From the NCBI GenBank assembly GCA_045658225.1, contig JAZOUO010000035.1, positions 13,639 to 77,638 on the forward strand: a stretch of DNA of 64,000 nt, given 5' to 3'. The DNA comes from Eubacteriales bacterium. Its GTDB lineage: Bacteria > Bacillota > Clostridia > Oscillospirales > CAG-272. Shown here in pieces: positions 16,620-26,686 of the stretch; within the stretch, counting starts at the first letter, position 1, and every line of letters starts with the position of its first letter. Both the position numbers and the translations under genes were made by a program. The notes beneath the pieces are model-generated. The model ran no database searches. It was given only the letters and a program-made list of their open reading frames with translations, and was not told the DNA's origin.

Positions 16620-17581
16620 AAGAATAACATCATTACAGCCATAGCGACCATACTCGCCGCTGAAAGCGCGATAAATATGATCATCGTCGGTCTGAAAAAT
16701 CCTTTTACTGCCGTACCTCTTGAAAGCTCATTCTCAGTATAAAATAACCACTCGGGATCGTTTAGATTCTTTCTGCCGTGACGGAAATAATAATATATTG
16801 CCGCCGCTGCGCCTATAACAACTATTACAAGCTCTATCGCCGCTATTATAAAGTTTGCTCTTGCCTCGTGCTCCGTATAGGTCACCGCATTCATTATTAC
16901 CTGGGTGAAGTTGTTGACAAAATGCAGTACTATTGCACCCCATATAGAGCCTGACTCAACCACAATGTATCCAAGAACAAGACCTAGAATAAATGTGTAG
17001 AGTATTTGTCCTATATTCTGATGCATCAGCGCAAAAAGCAGGGCAGATATGAATATCGCCTTTGCTCTGCCAAAACGCGAAAGTCTGTCAAGTATAAGCC
17101 CTCTGAAAAGGAACTCCTCACAGAATGCGGGAATTATCGCGATCTTTATCGTGTCAAGCACAAAATGATAAGCGTGATAGCCGTTTGGATAGTCTACAAG
17201 CATAAGAGAAGACATGTCTATTCCAAGTATTGCAACTATTATGGAATTTACATATGCCGCAGCATAATTTATTGCGAGACCGGCAAGCAAAATCAGTGGG
17301 AAATGACGCGAAAATTTGAATTTACATGGCATCTGGCTAAATTTGTATTCTCTATCAAACTTCTTATAAAAAAGCATAGGGATAAAGAACATGCAGAAAT
17401 ACAGAGCGCTGTAAGCAAGCTCGTATGCAACCTCATACGCTATGGAGTCTGTGAAAATTTCACCCACAACTTGAAGTATTCCAAGCGCAATGGATACTAT
17501 AGATGATGCTCCAAAAAATATGAGCATTATTATTCCTATTTTAGTATTTTGTTTCTTGTATTCTATGTCGTTAAAGTACAT
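16616..17581 (-). CDS. CPBP family intramembrane glutamic endopeptidase (CAAX protease-like)
   Basis: 'EEFLFRG', 'FALMH' and 'HFVNN' motifs in a polytopic membrane protein. 4-nt overlap with tadA. Confidence 0.85.
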   Translation of the reverse strand: MYFNDIEYKKQNTKIGIIMLIFFGASSIVSIALGILQVVGEIFTDSIAYEVAYELAYSALYFCMFFIPMLFYKKFDREYKFSQMPCKFKFSRHFPLILLAGLAINYAAAYVNSIIVAILGIDMSSLMLVDYPNGYHAYHFVLDTIKIAIIPAFCEEFLFRGLILDRLSRFGRAKAIFISALLFALMHQNIGQILYTFILGLVLGYIVVESGSIWGAIVLHFVNNFTQVIMNAVTYTEHEARANFIIAAIELVIVVIGAAAAIYYYFRHGRKNLNDPEWLFYTENELSRGTAVKGFFRPTMIIFIALSAASMVAMAVMMLFL

Positions 17582-17660
17582 ATCTATCTCCTATATGGAA
17601 CTACTACAATACTACTATACCAAAAAACAGGAAAAAATTCAATAGCTTATAATATAAATT

Positions 17661-18503
17661 TTATACTTTTGCGTTGTATTCTTCTACGCCGAGCATAGTC
17701 TCACCGTCTATCTGAAGAGCTCTGGGGGCATCAAATTTGACGGTTATGTTTTTACCTGTAAGTACTGTCACATATTTTTTACTCTTAACGTGCTCGCCCT
17801 TGAATATCGAGGGGAATATCATAAGAGTTTTGATCTTGCTGGATCCGTGGAATATCATAACGGACAATTCACTCTCCTCTGCATCTCGGCTCTGCTTGGG
17901 AGTGGGTATCATACCGCCTCCGTAACGACTGCCGTGCATTGTGGGGGCTATCCATACCTTTTCGTATTCGTATTCCTTGCCGTCAACAATAACCCTTGCA
18001 TTAGTAGGCTTATAATGGAAAAGCAATCCCTTAATTGCAATTGCCGTATAGTTTGCGGGCTTACCCTCTGCGTGAAGCTTATCTCCAACCTCGCAGCAAT
18101 ATCCGTCAATTCCGTAGCCTACGCCGTTGATAAACTTATATTCCTTGCCGTTTACCGTAGCTGTTGGGAGATTTGTAATATACTTGTTGATAAGAACGGG
18201 CTTTTCATCGGACTCGCCCTTTACGTCAGCATAAAAATCGTTTCCTGTGCCTGCGGGATAATAATAAATGGGATTATTTATCTCTATACCTTCTGTATCG
18301 TTAACAAACCTGTTGAGCGTTCCGTCGCCTCCGCAGATAACTATCTCGTCCTCGGCAGAAAGTCCTTGGAAAAGATCCTTGTAGCTCTCAACTTCAGTCA
18401 TATTGAACAACTTATACTCATCAGAAATGCTTTCCGCATAAGCCGTAGCGAGCTTTTCACACTCGCCGTTGCATGAAAAGGGGTTAAACAGTACGTATTT
18501 CAT
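17661..18503 (-). CDS. diacylglycerol/lipid kinase family protein (YegS/BmrU-like)
   Basis: 'ICGGDGTLNRF' and 'PAGTGNDF' motifs. ATG 18503 (MKYVLFNPFS) has a GGAG SD; the listed start at 18581 is probably an extension. Confidence 0.82.
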   Translation of the reverse strand: MKYVLFNPFSCNGECEKLATAYAESISDEYKLFNMTEVESYKDLFQGLSAEDEIVICGGDGTLNRFVNDTEGIEINNPIYYYPAGTGNDFYADVKGESDEKPVLINKYITNLPTATVNGKEYKFINGVGYGIDGYCCEVGDKLHAEGKPANYTAIAIKGLLFHYKPTNARVIVDGKEYEYEKVWIAPTMHGSRYGGGMIPTPKQSRDAEESELSVMIFHGSSKIKTLMIFPSIFKGEHVKSKKYVTVLTGKNITVKFDAPRALQIDGETMLGVEEYNAKV

Positions 18504-18600
18504 ATTGCTGTCTCCGTTTCGTTCAAATTGTCTTTTTTGAATAGTATATTCATCATACACTTTTGTTATTTTACTAAACAATTATTAACTCAATATTAAC

Positions 18601-18634
18601 TTAAAAATGGCATCCTCGGATGAAGATGCCATTT
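18601..18634 (-). terminator. rho-independent terminator of tsf
   Basis: AAATGGCATC-10 nt-GATGCCATTT with a T-run on the minus strand. Confidence 0.75.
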
Positions 18635-18646
18635 ATGTTTTTTAAA

Positions 18647-19573
18647 TTATTTATTTCCGCCTGCAAGCTTCTCGATCTCAGCAGCAAAGTCTTCCTGCTT
18701 CTTCTCGATACCCTCGCCCTTTTCGAAACGTACAAAGGAAGCGATCTTGATAGAGCCGCCGAGAGCCTTTGCGGTGTTCTCAACGTACTTGGAAACCTTC
18801 TCATGATCCTCTGCCTTAACGTATTCCATATCTACAAGGCAGTTGTTCTCATAGAACTTACCGATCTTACCGAGAACCATCTTTTCCTTGATGTTGTCGG
18901 GCTTGTTAGCGTTTGCGGGATCGTTAGCGATCTGAGCAAGAAGAATTGCCTTCTCGTTCTCGATAACGGATGCGGGAACGCTCTCTCTGTTGAGGTAAGG
19001 TGTGGGATATGCGCCAACCTGAAGAGCGATGTTCTTTGCGAATTCAGCAAAGCCGTCCTTATCTGCACAGTCAGTGTCGAACTTAACGATAACACCGATA
19101 GAGCCCATACCATGAATATATGTGCTTGTTGTACCCTCAACTATTGCGAAACGACGAACAGTGATCTTCTCACCGATCTGGAAAATGAGTTCCTTAAGCT
19201 TTGCGTCAACAGTTGTTCCCTCATAGTCGGAAGCAAGAAGAGCCTCAACATCTGCGGGATTTGTGTCGATGATGCACTTAAGAAGGTTCTTTACGAATGC
19301 CTTGAATGTCTCGTTCTTTGCAACGAAGTCTGTCTCTGTGTTAACCTCGATGATAGCGGTCTTGTTGCCCTCTGTGAGAACGTCAACGATACCGTCAGCA
19401 GCGATTCTTGTTTCCATCTTGGACTGTGCCTTAAGCTCACCCTTCTCACGAAGAATGGTTATTGCCTTGTCCATATCACCCTCAGCCTCAACGAGTGCCT
19501 TCTTGCACTCCATCATGCCGATACCTGTCTTTGCGCGGAGAGCCGCAACGTCTTTAGCAGTAATTGTAGCCAT
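18647..19573 (-). CDS. tsf: translation elongation factor Ts
   Basis: 'ITAKDVAALRAKTGIGMMECKKAL' UBA-like N-terminus, 308 aa, directly downstream of rpsB. Confidence 0.95.
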   Translation of the reverse strand: MATITAKDVAALRAKTGIGMMECKKALVEAEGDMDKAITILREKGELKAQSKMETRIAADGIVDVLTEGNKTAIIEVNTETDFVAKNETFKAFVKNLLKCIIDTNPADVEALLASDYEGTTVDAKLKELIFQIGEKITVRRFAIVEGTTSTYIHGMGSIGVIVKFDTDCADKDGFAEFAKNIALQVGAYPTPYLNRESVPASVIENEKAILLAQIANDPANANKPDNIKEKMVLGKIGKFYENNCLVDMEYVKAEDHEKVSKYVENTAKALGGSIKIASFVRFEKGEGIEKKQEDFAAEIEKLAGGNK

Positions 19574-19607
19574 TTTTTTATCCTCGTTTAATCTTAGATT
19601 TTTTGAA

Positions 19608-20357
19608 TTATGCGTTTTCTGCGTCCTCAGCAGCCTCTGCCTCTGCCTTTACAGCCTCAGCCTCAACTGTCTGCTCGCCCTGCTTACCCTCGATAACTGC
19701 GTCAGCGATTACGGAGGAGATGAGCTTGATTGCACGGATAGCGTCGTCGTTACCGGGAATTACGTAGTCAGCATCGTCAGGATCACAGTTTGTGTCAACG
19801 ATAGCGATTACGGGAATACCAAGCTTCTTTGCTTCGAGAACTGCGTTTCTTTCCTTGCGGGGGTCAACGATGAAGATCGCATCGGGAAGTCTTTCCATGG
19901 TCTTGATACCGCCAAGGTTCTTCTCGAGGTCGAAGATCTCCTTCTGGAGAGCTGCAACTTCCTTCTTGGGAAGCATATCGAACGTGCCGTCCTCTGCCAT
20001 CTTGTTAAGGCTGTTGAGACGAGCGATAGACTTCTTGATAGTCTTAAAGTTCGTCATCATACCGCCGGGCCAACGAACGTTTACGTAGTACATACCGCAA
20101 CGAGTAGCTTCTTCCTTGATAGCCTCTGCAGCCTGCTTCTTTGTACCTACGAAGAGGATGTTACCGTTTTCAGCGGAAAGCTCACGAACGAACATGTAAG
20201 CTTCCTCGAACTTCTTAACAGTCTTCTGAAGGTCGATGATGTAGATGCCGTTTCTTTCTGTGAAGATGTATTCCTGCATCTTAGGATTCCATCTTCTTGT
20301 GTGATGTCCAAAATGGACGCCTGCTTCAAGCAGCTGTTTGATTGAGATAATAGACAT
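19608..20357 (-). CDS. rpsB: 30S ribosomal protein S2
   Basis: '[27 protein letters not shown]'. ATG 20357 is preceded by GGAGGA; the listed start at 20486 is an upstream extension through the leader. Confidence 0.95.
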   Translation of the reverse strand: MSIISIKQLLEAGVHFGHHTRRWNPKMQEYIFTERNGIYIIDLQKTVKKFEEAYMFVRELSAENGNILFVGTKKQAAEAIKEEATRCGMYYVNVRWPGGMMTNFKTIKKSIARLNSLNKMAEDGTFDMLPKKEVAALQKEIFDLEKNLGGIKTMERLPDAIFIVDPRKERNAVLEAKKLGIPVIAIVDTNCDPDDADYVIPGNDDAIRAIKLISSVIADAVIEGKQGEQTVEAEAVKAEAEAAEDAENA

Positions 20358-20495
20358 TTTTATGTCCTCCTTCGGTTTTTTCCACCACAGAAGCTGTGCG
20401 TCATAATCCTTGTCCGCATTGACAAAGACACCGATTCCGCTTTCTGCATCTGTGTGTGTATTATTTTTTGTCTGTGTTTTGCACACAGCCTTTAA

Positions 20496-20524
20496 ATTAT
20501 AACATAGACCATATTTTTATGCAA
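20496..20524 (-). promoter_or_regulatory. consensus sigma-A promoter of rpsB-tsf
   Basis: Minus strand: TTGCAT (20519-20524), a 17-nt spacer, then TATAAT (20496-20501). This leaves a ~130-nt leader. Confidence 0.7.
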
Positions 20525-20632
20525 TATCTTTCGTCATTGTTTACAAATTATTTACAATATTTTTGTCAAAAAATACCGCCCACAAGCCTTGACACTCAAA
20601 AAATACATGTTTAACTTGGGGCGAATTTATTT

Positions 20633-20917
20633 TTAATGTCTCTTTTTTGATTTTTTTGAATTACAGCAGGACGTTTCCCCACTTGTGAGTTTTACGAGTA
20701 TAGTGTCCTCCCCTATGCATTCTATTTTGTTCCACGGAATTATTATGTTCTGTCGCTTTCCAAAGGATAAAAAGCTTTCGCATATCGGAACAACAAGCGC
20801 AAGTATCTGACCGCATTCCATATCAAATTCAAAGTCAGTAGGGTATCCAAGCTTTTCTCCGTCACATAGGTTTACAACTTCAAGCTCGCGTAAGTCCTTG
20901 GTGCTTATTCTTCGCAT
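20633..20917 (-). CDS. YlmC/YmxH family sporulation protein (PRC-barrel)
   Basis: 'LRELEVVNLCDGEKLGYPTDFEFD...GQILALVVP' matches the YlmC/YmxH pattern as I recall it, 94 aa. Confidence 0.75.
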   Translation of the reverse strand: MRRISTKDLRELEVVNLCDGEKLGYPTDFEFDMECGQILALVVPICESFLSFGKRQNIIIPWNKIECIGEDTILVKLTSGETSCCNSKKSKKRH

Positions 20918-20970
20918 AAAAAATCCTCGCTCTCTTTTTGTTGCATTATATGCGAGAGCGAGGGGTTTTA

Positions 20971-23784
20971 TTATTTTGGAATTTTCATTTTTGCTTTGAT
21001 ATGTAATGCGAATTTATCGCAAATAGCGTCAAGTGCAAAGCATGCTCCAACAAACAATGGTATAAGTATCAGTGACCACACGTCGAACACACCGCCGCAA
21101 AATTCACCTACTATACTATTAGGGATAGCAAGCAGGTCTCTGTAATCTCCTTTTGTAATTATATTCACAGCATAAAGCCCTGCGCTTAGTGTAAGAATCA
21201 GAGCGACTGCCGCTGATGAAATTATCAAGAGAAGATTAAACATAGTCCTTTTGCTGTTTGACTTTGAATATTCTCTTTCTGCTCTGAGCATATCAAATAT
21301 GCTTATTATAAATGCAGATACGAATACCGCAAGCGCAATTCCCTCTTTGCTGACTACGTTGCAAAGTGCAAGCACGAGCGTAAAAACAAAAAACACTATA
21401 AGCGCTATACCTCTCGCAAACATATATGGCAGATTTGACTTTATTAACGCATCAGGAAGTGCTACAAATCCTCGCTTAGTCTGGCGCAGTATCTCACTCT
21501 TGGGATTATTATGAGCGAAACAATAAAGACCCAAAACACACGCTATCAGATATAGGGCGGATATTTGCAAGGAATTTATAAGTACCAGTCCCGAGAACGC
21601 AGATAAAAGCACAAGTGTAGTCAATGTTGCCGTCTGCATAGCGAGATACTCGATATAATAGGAAAGGTTTATATATGCCGAGGACGCAATATCCGATGCT
21701 TGAAGTATTCTCTCAAGTCCGCCGCTTTTCTTTGCGCGTTCAACAAGCATATCCGCGGCAACTCTGCTTCTTTGAGACGATATATGAGATGTTTCTTCAC
21801 CCTGGTTTGGAAAGCTCTCAAAGAATGAGTCCTTATATTTTTCACTATTATATTCTATACTGTTGCAGGTGACGGCAGTGTCTGTAAAAGTCATAAGACT
21901 ATTAAATTTATCCTCAACTCCGTAGGATAGAATAACCTTACCTTGCGAATGCATGTGAACTATGAGCGCAGAATACTCGCTCATTTCAAAGCCAAGATAG
22001 GCACGATATTTTCCCAAGTCCGAGGTTATATCCATTTCGTTTTGCTTAAAATGCGAGGCAAATGCTATCCTTGTGTCATTGGGAGACGATATAATTCCAG
22101 ACTGCACAAGATATTTGATATTTTCCGCACTCTCATTGGCCATAAAGGCGGTCAGAGAAATTCCCATTTCTCTGTACTGCTCAAGAGTTTCTGCAAGGTT
22201 GTCAACGGTATGCTCCTCAAGGGCAATAATTCCCTCAAGAACGGTATTTCTTGACTTTCGGTAAGACTCCCCGACCTCCTCGGAAAGTACAAATATCAGC
22301 GTTTCTCCCGACTCTGTGCACTCATCAATATATCCAAGAATGCGGTTTTTTAGATTTTCATCTATCTCTACCATCATATCTCCGACACTCAGGTATCTGC
22401 AACTTTTTAAAGTAGTCTCCTCAATCGAAAGAGTTATACGGATATTAGATCCGGAGGACTCGGCGCACGCCGTACCAACAGAATCTTCATTTTCAAGATA
22501 ATAAAGCGATTTTAAGCGGAGGTCCGCGGCTTCTGTGTCATATCCCATCTGAGATATAAAAGCTTCAAGACTTCTCTTGTAAGCCTCTATCTGCGGGATG
22601 CTTCTGCTTTCAGCCACCTTGAGATAGGTATATATGTACTCGCAAAGTCGGTGCGTTCTGTCGGGTTTTGTTTCTATGGTCAGATTGTCAAGCTTTCTAC
22701 CCGAAACAAACAAGCTGGATACGTGAAGCTGACCGTCTGTAATACTGGCGCGACCAAAAAGCAGAACATCTGAAAAGCCTGTAAGTATATCAAAAGCCTT
22801 ATTCTTTTTGATTACAGTTCCGTCTGTAAGCTTGTCAGCAGACGATTTAAATATATATTTTGCAATCACATCGGCAAGCGTGGGTGAAATAAACAAAAGG
22901 CTTGAAATTGCCATAAGAAAGACGGCGTAAAAATCAAATCTTTGCAAAGTAAACATCCCAAGCACGACAACTGTAAGAATGAAAAGTGATGCAAATATAC
23001 TTATTTTGCTCAAAGAAGACATAATCTCTGAAATTCCGAGAGGTCTTTGAGTATCCCCCGTCATCTCCCCATTGTTCAAATGCTGGGCGAGCAGAGTATC
23101 CTCTGCGGTGGCTACCGCTATCGCACGGCCGTTTCCGCTTATAACAACACTCCCTGCAAGCAGCATATTCTGAGCGTCAGACACGGGAATTGTTGTATCC
23201 TCGCCGTATGTCTTTTGAGAATTTTTAGAAACACGCCGGCGTATAAGCTTGCCGTCAGACGTATCAAATATAAACTCGTCAACTACAAGGTCATCACAAT
23301 CAACAAGTCTTGCATCGCAAGTTATAATATCACCCGTGCAAAAGACTATAATGTCTCCGTCGGCGATATTTCTGCTGTCAGTATGCTTTACAACACCTAA
23401 ACGAATAACCTTTACAGTGGGATTTGAGTACAGATCTGTTTTCTGCTTGGATTTTACGGAGCGCAAATTTAGAATTCCTAAAAAGATGCCTTGAGCTACA
23501 AGCAATATTATCGCCCACGCGCCAAAACACATCTCATTTTTTAAGAATGCAAATATCGCTACCGCAAGATAAAGTATATATGTAACGCTTGCAAACGGAG
23601 AAAAAATATATCCTAAAAGGTTTTTGCTTTTTTTCAGATACAGAGGCGCACGGTTTTTCTTTCCGTTGCGTATATCATTCTGTATTCTGTCCTCTGCTTG
23701 ATTTCGGGAAAGTCCTACTTTGGCGGAGGTATTCAATTTTTGCTCTGTCTCTGCAACAGTTAAAGAATGCCACGCTTTCATCAT
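20971..23784 (-). CDS. P-type ATPase homolog with degenerate catalytic motifs (probably not an ATP-driven pump)
   Basis: Cation-ATPase N-terminal motif ('WHSLTVAETEQKLNTSAKVGLS') and ~10 TM segments. The signatures are changed: 'DTSDG' for TGES, 'FGRASITDGQL' for DKTGT, 'SYGVEDKFNS' for GDGxND. ATG 23784 is preceded by AAGGGA. Confidence 0.75.
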   Translation of the reverse strand: MMKAWHSLTVAETEQKLNTSAKVGLSRNQAEDRIQNDIRNGKKNRAPLYLKKSKNLLGYIFSPFASVTYILYLAVAIFAFLKNEMCFGAWAIILLVAQGIFLGILNLRSVKSKQKTDLYSNPTVKVIRLGVVKHTDSRNIADGDIIVFCTGDIITCDARLVDCDDLVVDEFIFDTSDGKLIRRRVSKNSQKTYGEDTTIPVSDAQNMLLAGSVVISGNGRAIAVATAEDTLLAQHLNNGEMTGDTQRPLGISEIMSSLSKISIFASLFILTVVVLGMFTLQRFDFYAVFLMAISSLLFISPTLADVIAKYIFKSSADKLTDGTVIKKNKAFDILTGFSDVLLFGRASITDGQLHVSSLFVSGRKLDNLTIETKPDRTHRLCEYIYTYLKVAESRSIPQIEAYKRSLEAFISQMGYDTEAADLRLKSLYYLENEDSVGTACAESSGSNIRITLSIEETTLKSCRYLSVGDMMVEIDENLKNRILGYIDECTESGETLIFVLSEEVGESYRKSRNTVLEGIIALEEHTVDNLAETLEQYREMGISLTAFMANESAENIKYLVQSGIISSPNDTRIAFASHFKQNEMDITSDLGKYRAYLGFEMSEYSALIVHMHSQGKVILSYGVEDKFNSLMTFTDTAVTCNSIEYNSEKYKDSFFESFPNQGEETSHISSQRSRVAADMLVERAKKSGGLERILQASDIASSAYINLSYYIEYLAMQTATLTTLVLLSAFSGLVLINSLQISALYLIACVLGLYCFAHNNPKSEILRQTKRGFVALPDALIKSNLPYMFARGIALIVFFVFTLVLALCNVVSKEGIALAVFVSAFIISIFDMLRAEREYSKSNSKRTMFNLLLIISSAAVALILTLSAGLYAVNIITKGDYRDLLAIPNSIVGEFCGGVFDVWSLILIPLFVGACFALDAICDKFALHIKAKMKIPK

Positions 23785-23814
23785 AGGCTTTCCCTTTCTC
23801 AAAATTATAGTTTA

Positions 23815-26178
23815 TTAAAGACACTCAATGACAAGCTCACCGTCGCGTACAAATATTTTTGCTACGCTGACAGTCTTATCATAATCCGAGATTATAAGCT
23901 CGGCTAGCTTATCTTCGATGTGCTTCTGAATATATCTTCTCATATTTCTTGCGCCGTATTTCTGTGAATACGACTTTTCGGCAACGTATGCCGCCGCCTC
24001 GTCGGAAAAGTCAAGCTTAATTCCCTTGTCAGTCAGAAGCTCTGAAAGCTGACCAAGCATAATCTTGGCTATCTTTGCAAAGTCTGCTTTGGTCAGGCTG
24101 TTAAACGTGATTATCTCGTCAATGCGGTTGATAAATTCAGGACGGAGGAACGTAGATAGCGCCTTCTCGGTTCTCTCGGCGCTTCCTTTGCTTTCGTCAG
24201 GCGCAAAGCCTACGACTCCTGCGGTCTTATCCGAGCCTGCGTTGGTGGTCATAACTATGACAGTATTCTCAAAGTTGACCGTTCTGCCGTGCGCATCGGT
24301 GATTCGTCCGTCGTCAAGTATCTGCAAAAGAATGTTGAGCACGTCGGGATGCGCCTTTTCTATCTCGTCGAAAAGCACGACGGAATAAGGCTTACGTCTT
24401 ATTTTCTCTGTGAGCTGTCCCGCATCGTCATAGCCGAGATATCCCGGAGGCGAGCCGATAATACGAGATACGGCGTGCTTTTCCATAAACTCGGACATAT
24501 CAAGTCTTATGAGATTTTCGGGCGAGTCGAACAGGTCTGCCGCGAGGGTCTTTACAAGCTCGGTCTTACCCACACCCGTAGGTCCTGCGAATATAAACGA
24601 CACGGGCTTTCTCTTGTAGGATATTCCAGCTCTGTTTCTCTTTACGGCTCTTGCCACCGCCTCTACAGCATGGTCCTGACCCACGACGTGAGATTTGAGT
24701 CTCTCGGCAAGCATATCTATTCTCTTATACTCGTTTTCGGTAATGCTTGTCGCGGGAACGCCTGTCCAAATCTCTATGACCTTTGCGAGATTTTCCTCAG
24801 TAAGCACTATTCTTTCACACTCTGCCTCAAGCTCTTTAAGTCTGTTGGAGAGCTTTATTTCCTCGGACTGTATTCTGGCTATCGTCTCGTACTTTTTTTG
24901 ACTTTGCTTATCGTCGTTCGTTATCTCGCCCTCAGCAAGCTCTCGCTCCTGCTTGAGCACGAGAAGTCTGTCGTGTATGTCAAGAGACTCGTTTATGGAC
25001 GAGCAGGACAAGGAAAGCTGCGCTGCCGCCTCATCAAGCAAATCAATCGCCTTATCGGGCAGATATCTGTCTGTGATGTATCTCTCGGAAAGTATTACCG
25101 CACGACGAAGAATGCCATCGGGTATGTGTATTCTGTGGAACTGCTCATAGTAGTGGCTTATTCCCTTGAGCATCTCCACCGCATCGGAAATAGACGGCTC
25201 ATTTACTGTTATGGGCTGGAATCTGCGCTCAAGCGCGGAGTCCTTTTCTATATATTTACGGTATTCTGTAAGGGTAGTCGCACCGATAACTCTGACCTCG
25301 CCTCGTGAGAGCGCAGGCTTGAGAATATTTGCCGCATTGACGCTTCCCTCGCCTCCGCCTGTGCCGACGATATTGTGAAGCTCGTCGATAACAAGAATTG
25401 CGTTTCCGTGGTCCTTGACCTCGGAAAGAAGTCCAAGTATTCTTGACTCAAACTGTCCGCGGAACTGTGTGCCTGCAACGAGAGCTGTAAGGTCAACGAG
25501 AAATATTTCTTTGTTCTTCAAAAGATAAGGAACATTGCCCTCGGCTATTCTTATAGCAAGTCCCTCGGCTATTGCCGTTTTACCAACACCCGGCTCACCG
25601 ATAAGGCAAGGATTGTTCTTTTGTCTGCGGCAGAGTATCTGTATAACTCTGTCGGTCTCGTTTTGTCTGCCGACTATTCTGTCGAGCTTACCGCGTTTTG
25701 CGTACTCGGTGAGGTTGCGACAGTAAGAGGTCAAAAATTTATACTGCTTTTTGGGCGGAGCATTTTTTTCCGCCTTACCTCTTTGTCTTTTGGGAATTTC
25801 CGCGTTCGGCTGTGCGGGCAAATTATTACTGCTCTGCGCGGGAAGATTTCCCCCCATCATTTCCGACAGACCGCTGTCACGGAAAAGCTTTTGAAAATCT
25901 ATTGCGGGGGCTGTTGCCTCACCGTTCTCGTCATATCCATCGGAGTCCTCGTCAAAATCTGCGTTTTCGAGCACTCCGCCAAGCTCGTTTTCAAGATTTT
26001 CTATCTGCTCGGGGGAAATTCCCATCTTTTTATACATATCTCCCATCATGTTGTCAACGGGAAGACCAAGCTCCTTGGCGCACTGTATGCAAAGTCCCTC
26101 GGACTTTTTTTCCCCCATTTCAACTTTTGTCACGAAAATCACTGCCATTCTCTTATGGCATCTGGAACATTTTATCAT
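23815..26178 (-). CDS. Clp/Hsp100 double-AAA+ ATPase, ClpE-like (N-terminal zinc ribbon)
   Basis: 'CSRCHKRMAV...CIQCAKELG' zinc ribbon, Walker A 'GEPGVGKTAI' and 'GPTGVGKTEL', short coiled-coil M-region, ClpP-docking 'GVVGFAP'. Confidence 0.88.
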   Translation of the reverse strand: MIKCSRCHKRMAVIFVTKVEMGEKKSEGLCIQCAKELGLPVDNMMGDMYKKMGISPEQIENLENELGGVLENADFDEDSDGYDENGEATAPAIDFQKLFRDSGLSEMMGGNLPAQSSNNLPAQPNAEIPKRQRGKAEKNAPPKKQYKFLTSYCRNLTEYAKRGKLDRIVGRQNETDRVIQILCRRQKNNPCLIGEPGVGKTAIAEGLAIRIAEGNVPYLLKNKEIFLVDLTALVAGTQFRGQFESRILGLLSEVKDHGNAILVIDELHNIVGTGGGEGSVNAANILKPALSRGEVRVIGATTLTEYRKYIEKDSALERRFQPITVNEPSISDAVEMLKGISHYYEQFHRIHIPDGILRRAVILSERYITDRYLPDKAIDLLDEAAAQLSLSCSSINESLDIHDRLLVLKQERELAEGEITNDDKQSQKKYETIARIQSEEIKLSNRLKELEAECERIVLTEENLAKVIEIWTGVPATSITENEYKRIDMLAERLKSHVVGQDHAVEAVARAVKRNRAGISYKRKPVSFIFAGPTGVGKTELVKTLAADLFDSPENLIRLDMSEFMEKHAVSRIIGSPPGYLGYDDAGQLTEKIRRKPYSVVLFDEIEKAHPDVLNILLQILDDGRITDAHGRTVNFENTVIVMTTNAGSDKTAGVVGFAPDESKGSAERTEKALSTFLRPEFINRIDEIITFNSLTKADFAKIAKIMLGQLSELLTDKGIKLDFSDEAAAYVAEKSYSQKYGARNMRRYIQKHIEDKLAELIISDYDKTVSVAKIFVRDGELVIECL

Positions 26179-26191
26179 AGCCTTATCTCTT

Positions 26192-26686
26192 TCACATCAA
26201 AACATCTTTAATAAATCCGAAGATATTACTTTCATTTATAAATTTGAACACGTGTGAATTATTGTAGACCTCAATATAGGTCTGATTATTAGTTATCCAC
26301 GTCATAGCAGCAAGGAGACTGTTAAGCATTACAGCTACAAGCGATACTGTAAGCACACCTAGCGCAGCACCGATAAGGATACCTAAAAGCTTATCTATTT
26401 TACTGATAAGAGGTATCTTTATCTGCCTGAAGATATACATCAACACCGTTGCGATGACAAACGTCACGGCAAATACCGAAATATATCCAAGCACTCGGGC
26501 AAAAAAGCCCCCGTTGCCGAATGCGTCTCCTATCGCGGGGCCTAATGCAAGCGCCGACAAAAAGGATAAAATTATCCTTGCAAATCCAAGCACGACACCT
26601 GTAAGCCCGCGTCTCCAACCTAGGAAAATCTGCAAAGCCAAAACTGCAATCAGAATAACGTCAATAATTCCACTCATATTACTCAC
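26192..26686 (-). CDS. CvpA family membrane protein
   Basis: 4-TM protein of 164 aa with N-terminus 'IIDVILIAVLALQIFLGWRRGL', typical of CvpA. Confidence 0.7.
   Translation of the reverse strand: MSNMSGIIDVILIAVLALQIFLGWRRGLTGVVLGFARIILSFLSALALGPAIGDAFGNGGFFARVLGYISVFAVTFVIATVLMYIFRQIKIPLISKIDKLLGILIGAALGVLTVSLVAVMLNSLLAAMTWITNNQTYIEVYNNSHVFKFINESNIFGFIKDVLM

Noticed and set aside
18620-20345. 323-aa and 360-aa plus-strand ORFs across tsf and rpsB
   Set aside because: They are antisense to two universally conserved genes. The products are Leu/Cys/Val-rich nonsense without motifs or start signals.
24289-25308. 339-aa plus-strand ORF inside the Clp ATPase gene
   Set aside because: Antisense shadow ORF. 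The Clp reading frame carries both Walker sets, so it is the real one.
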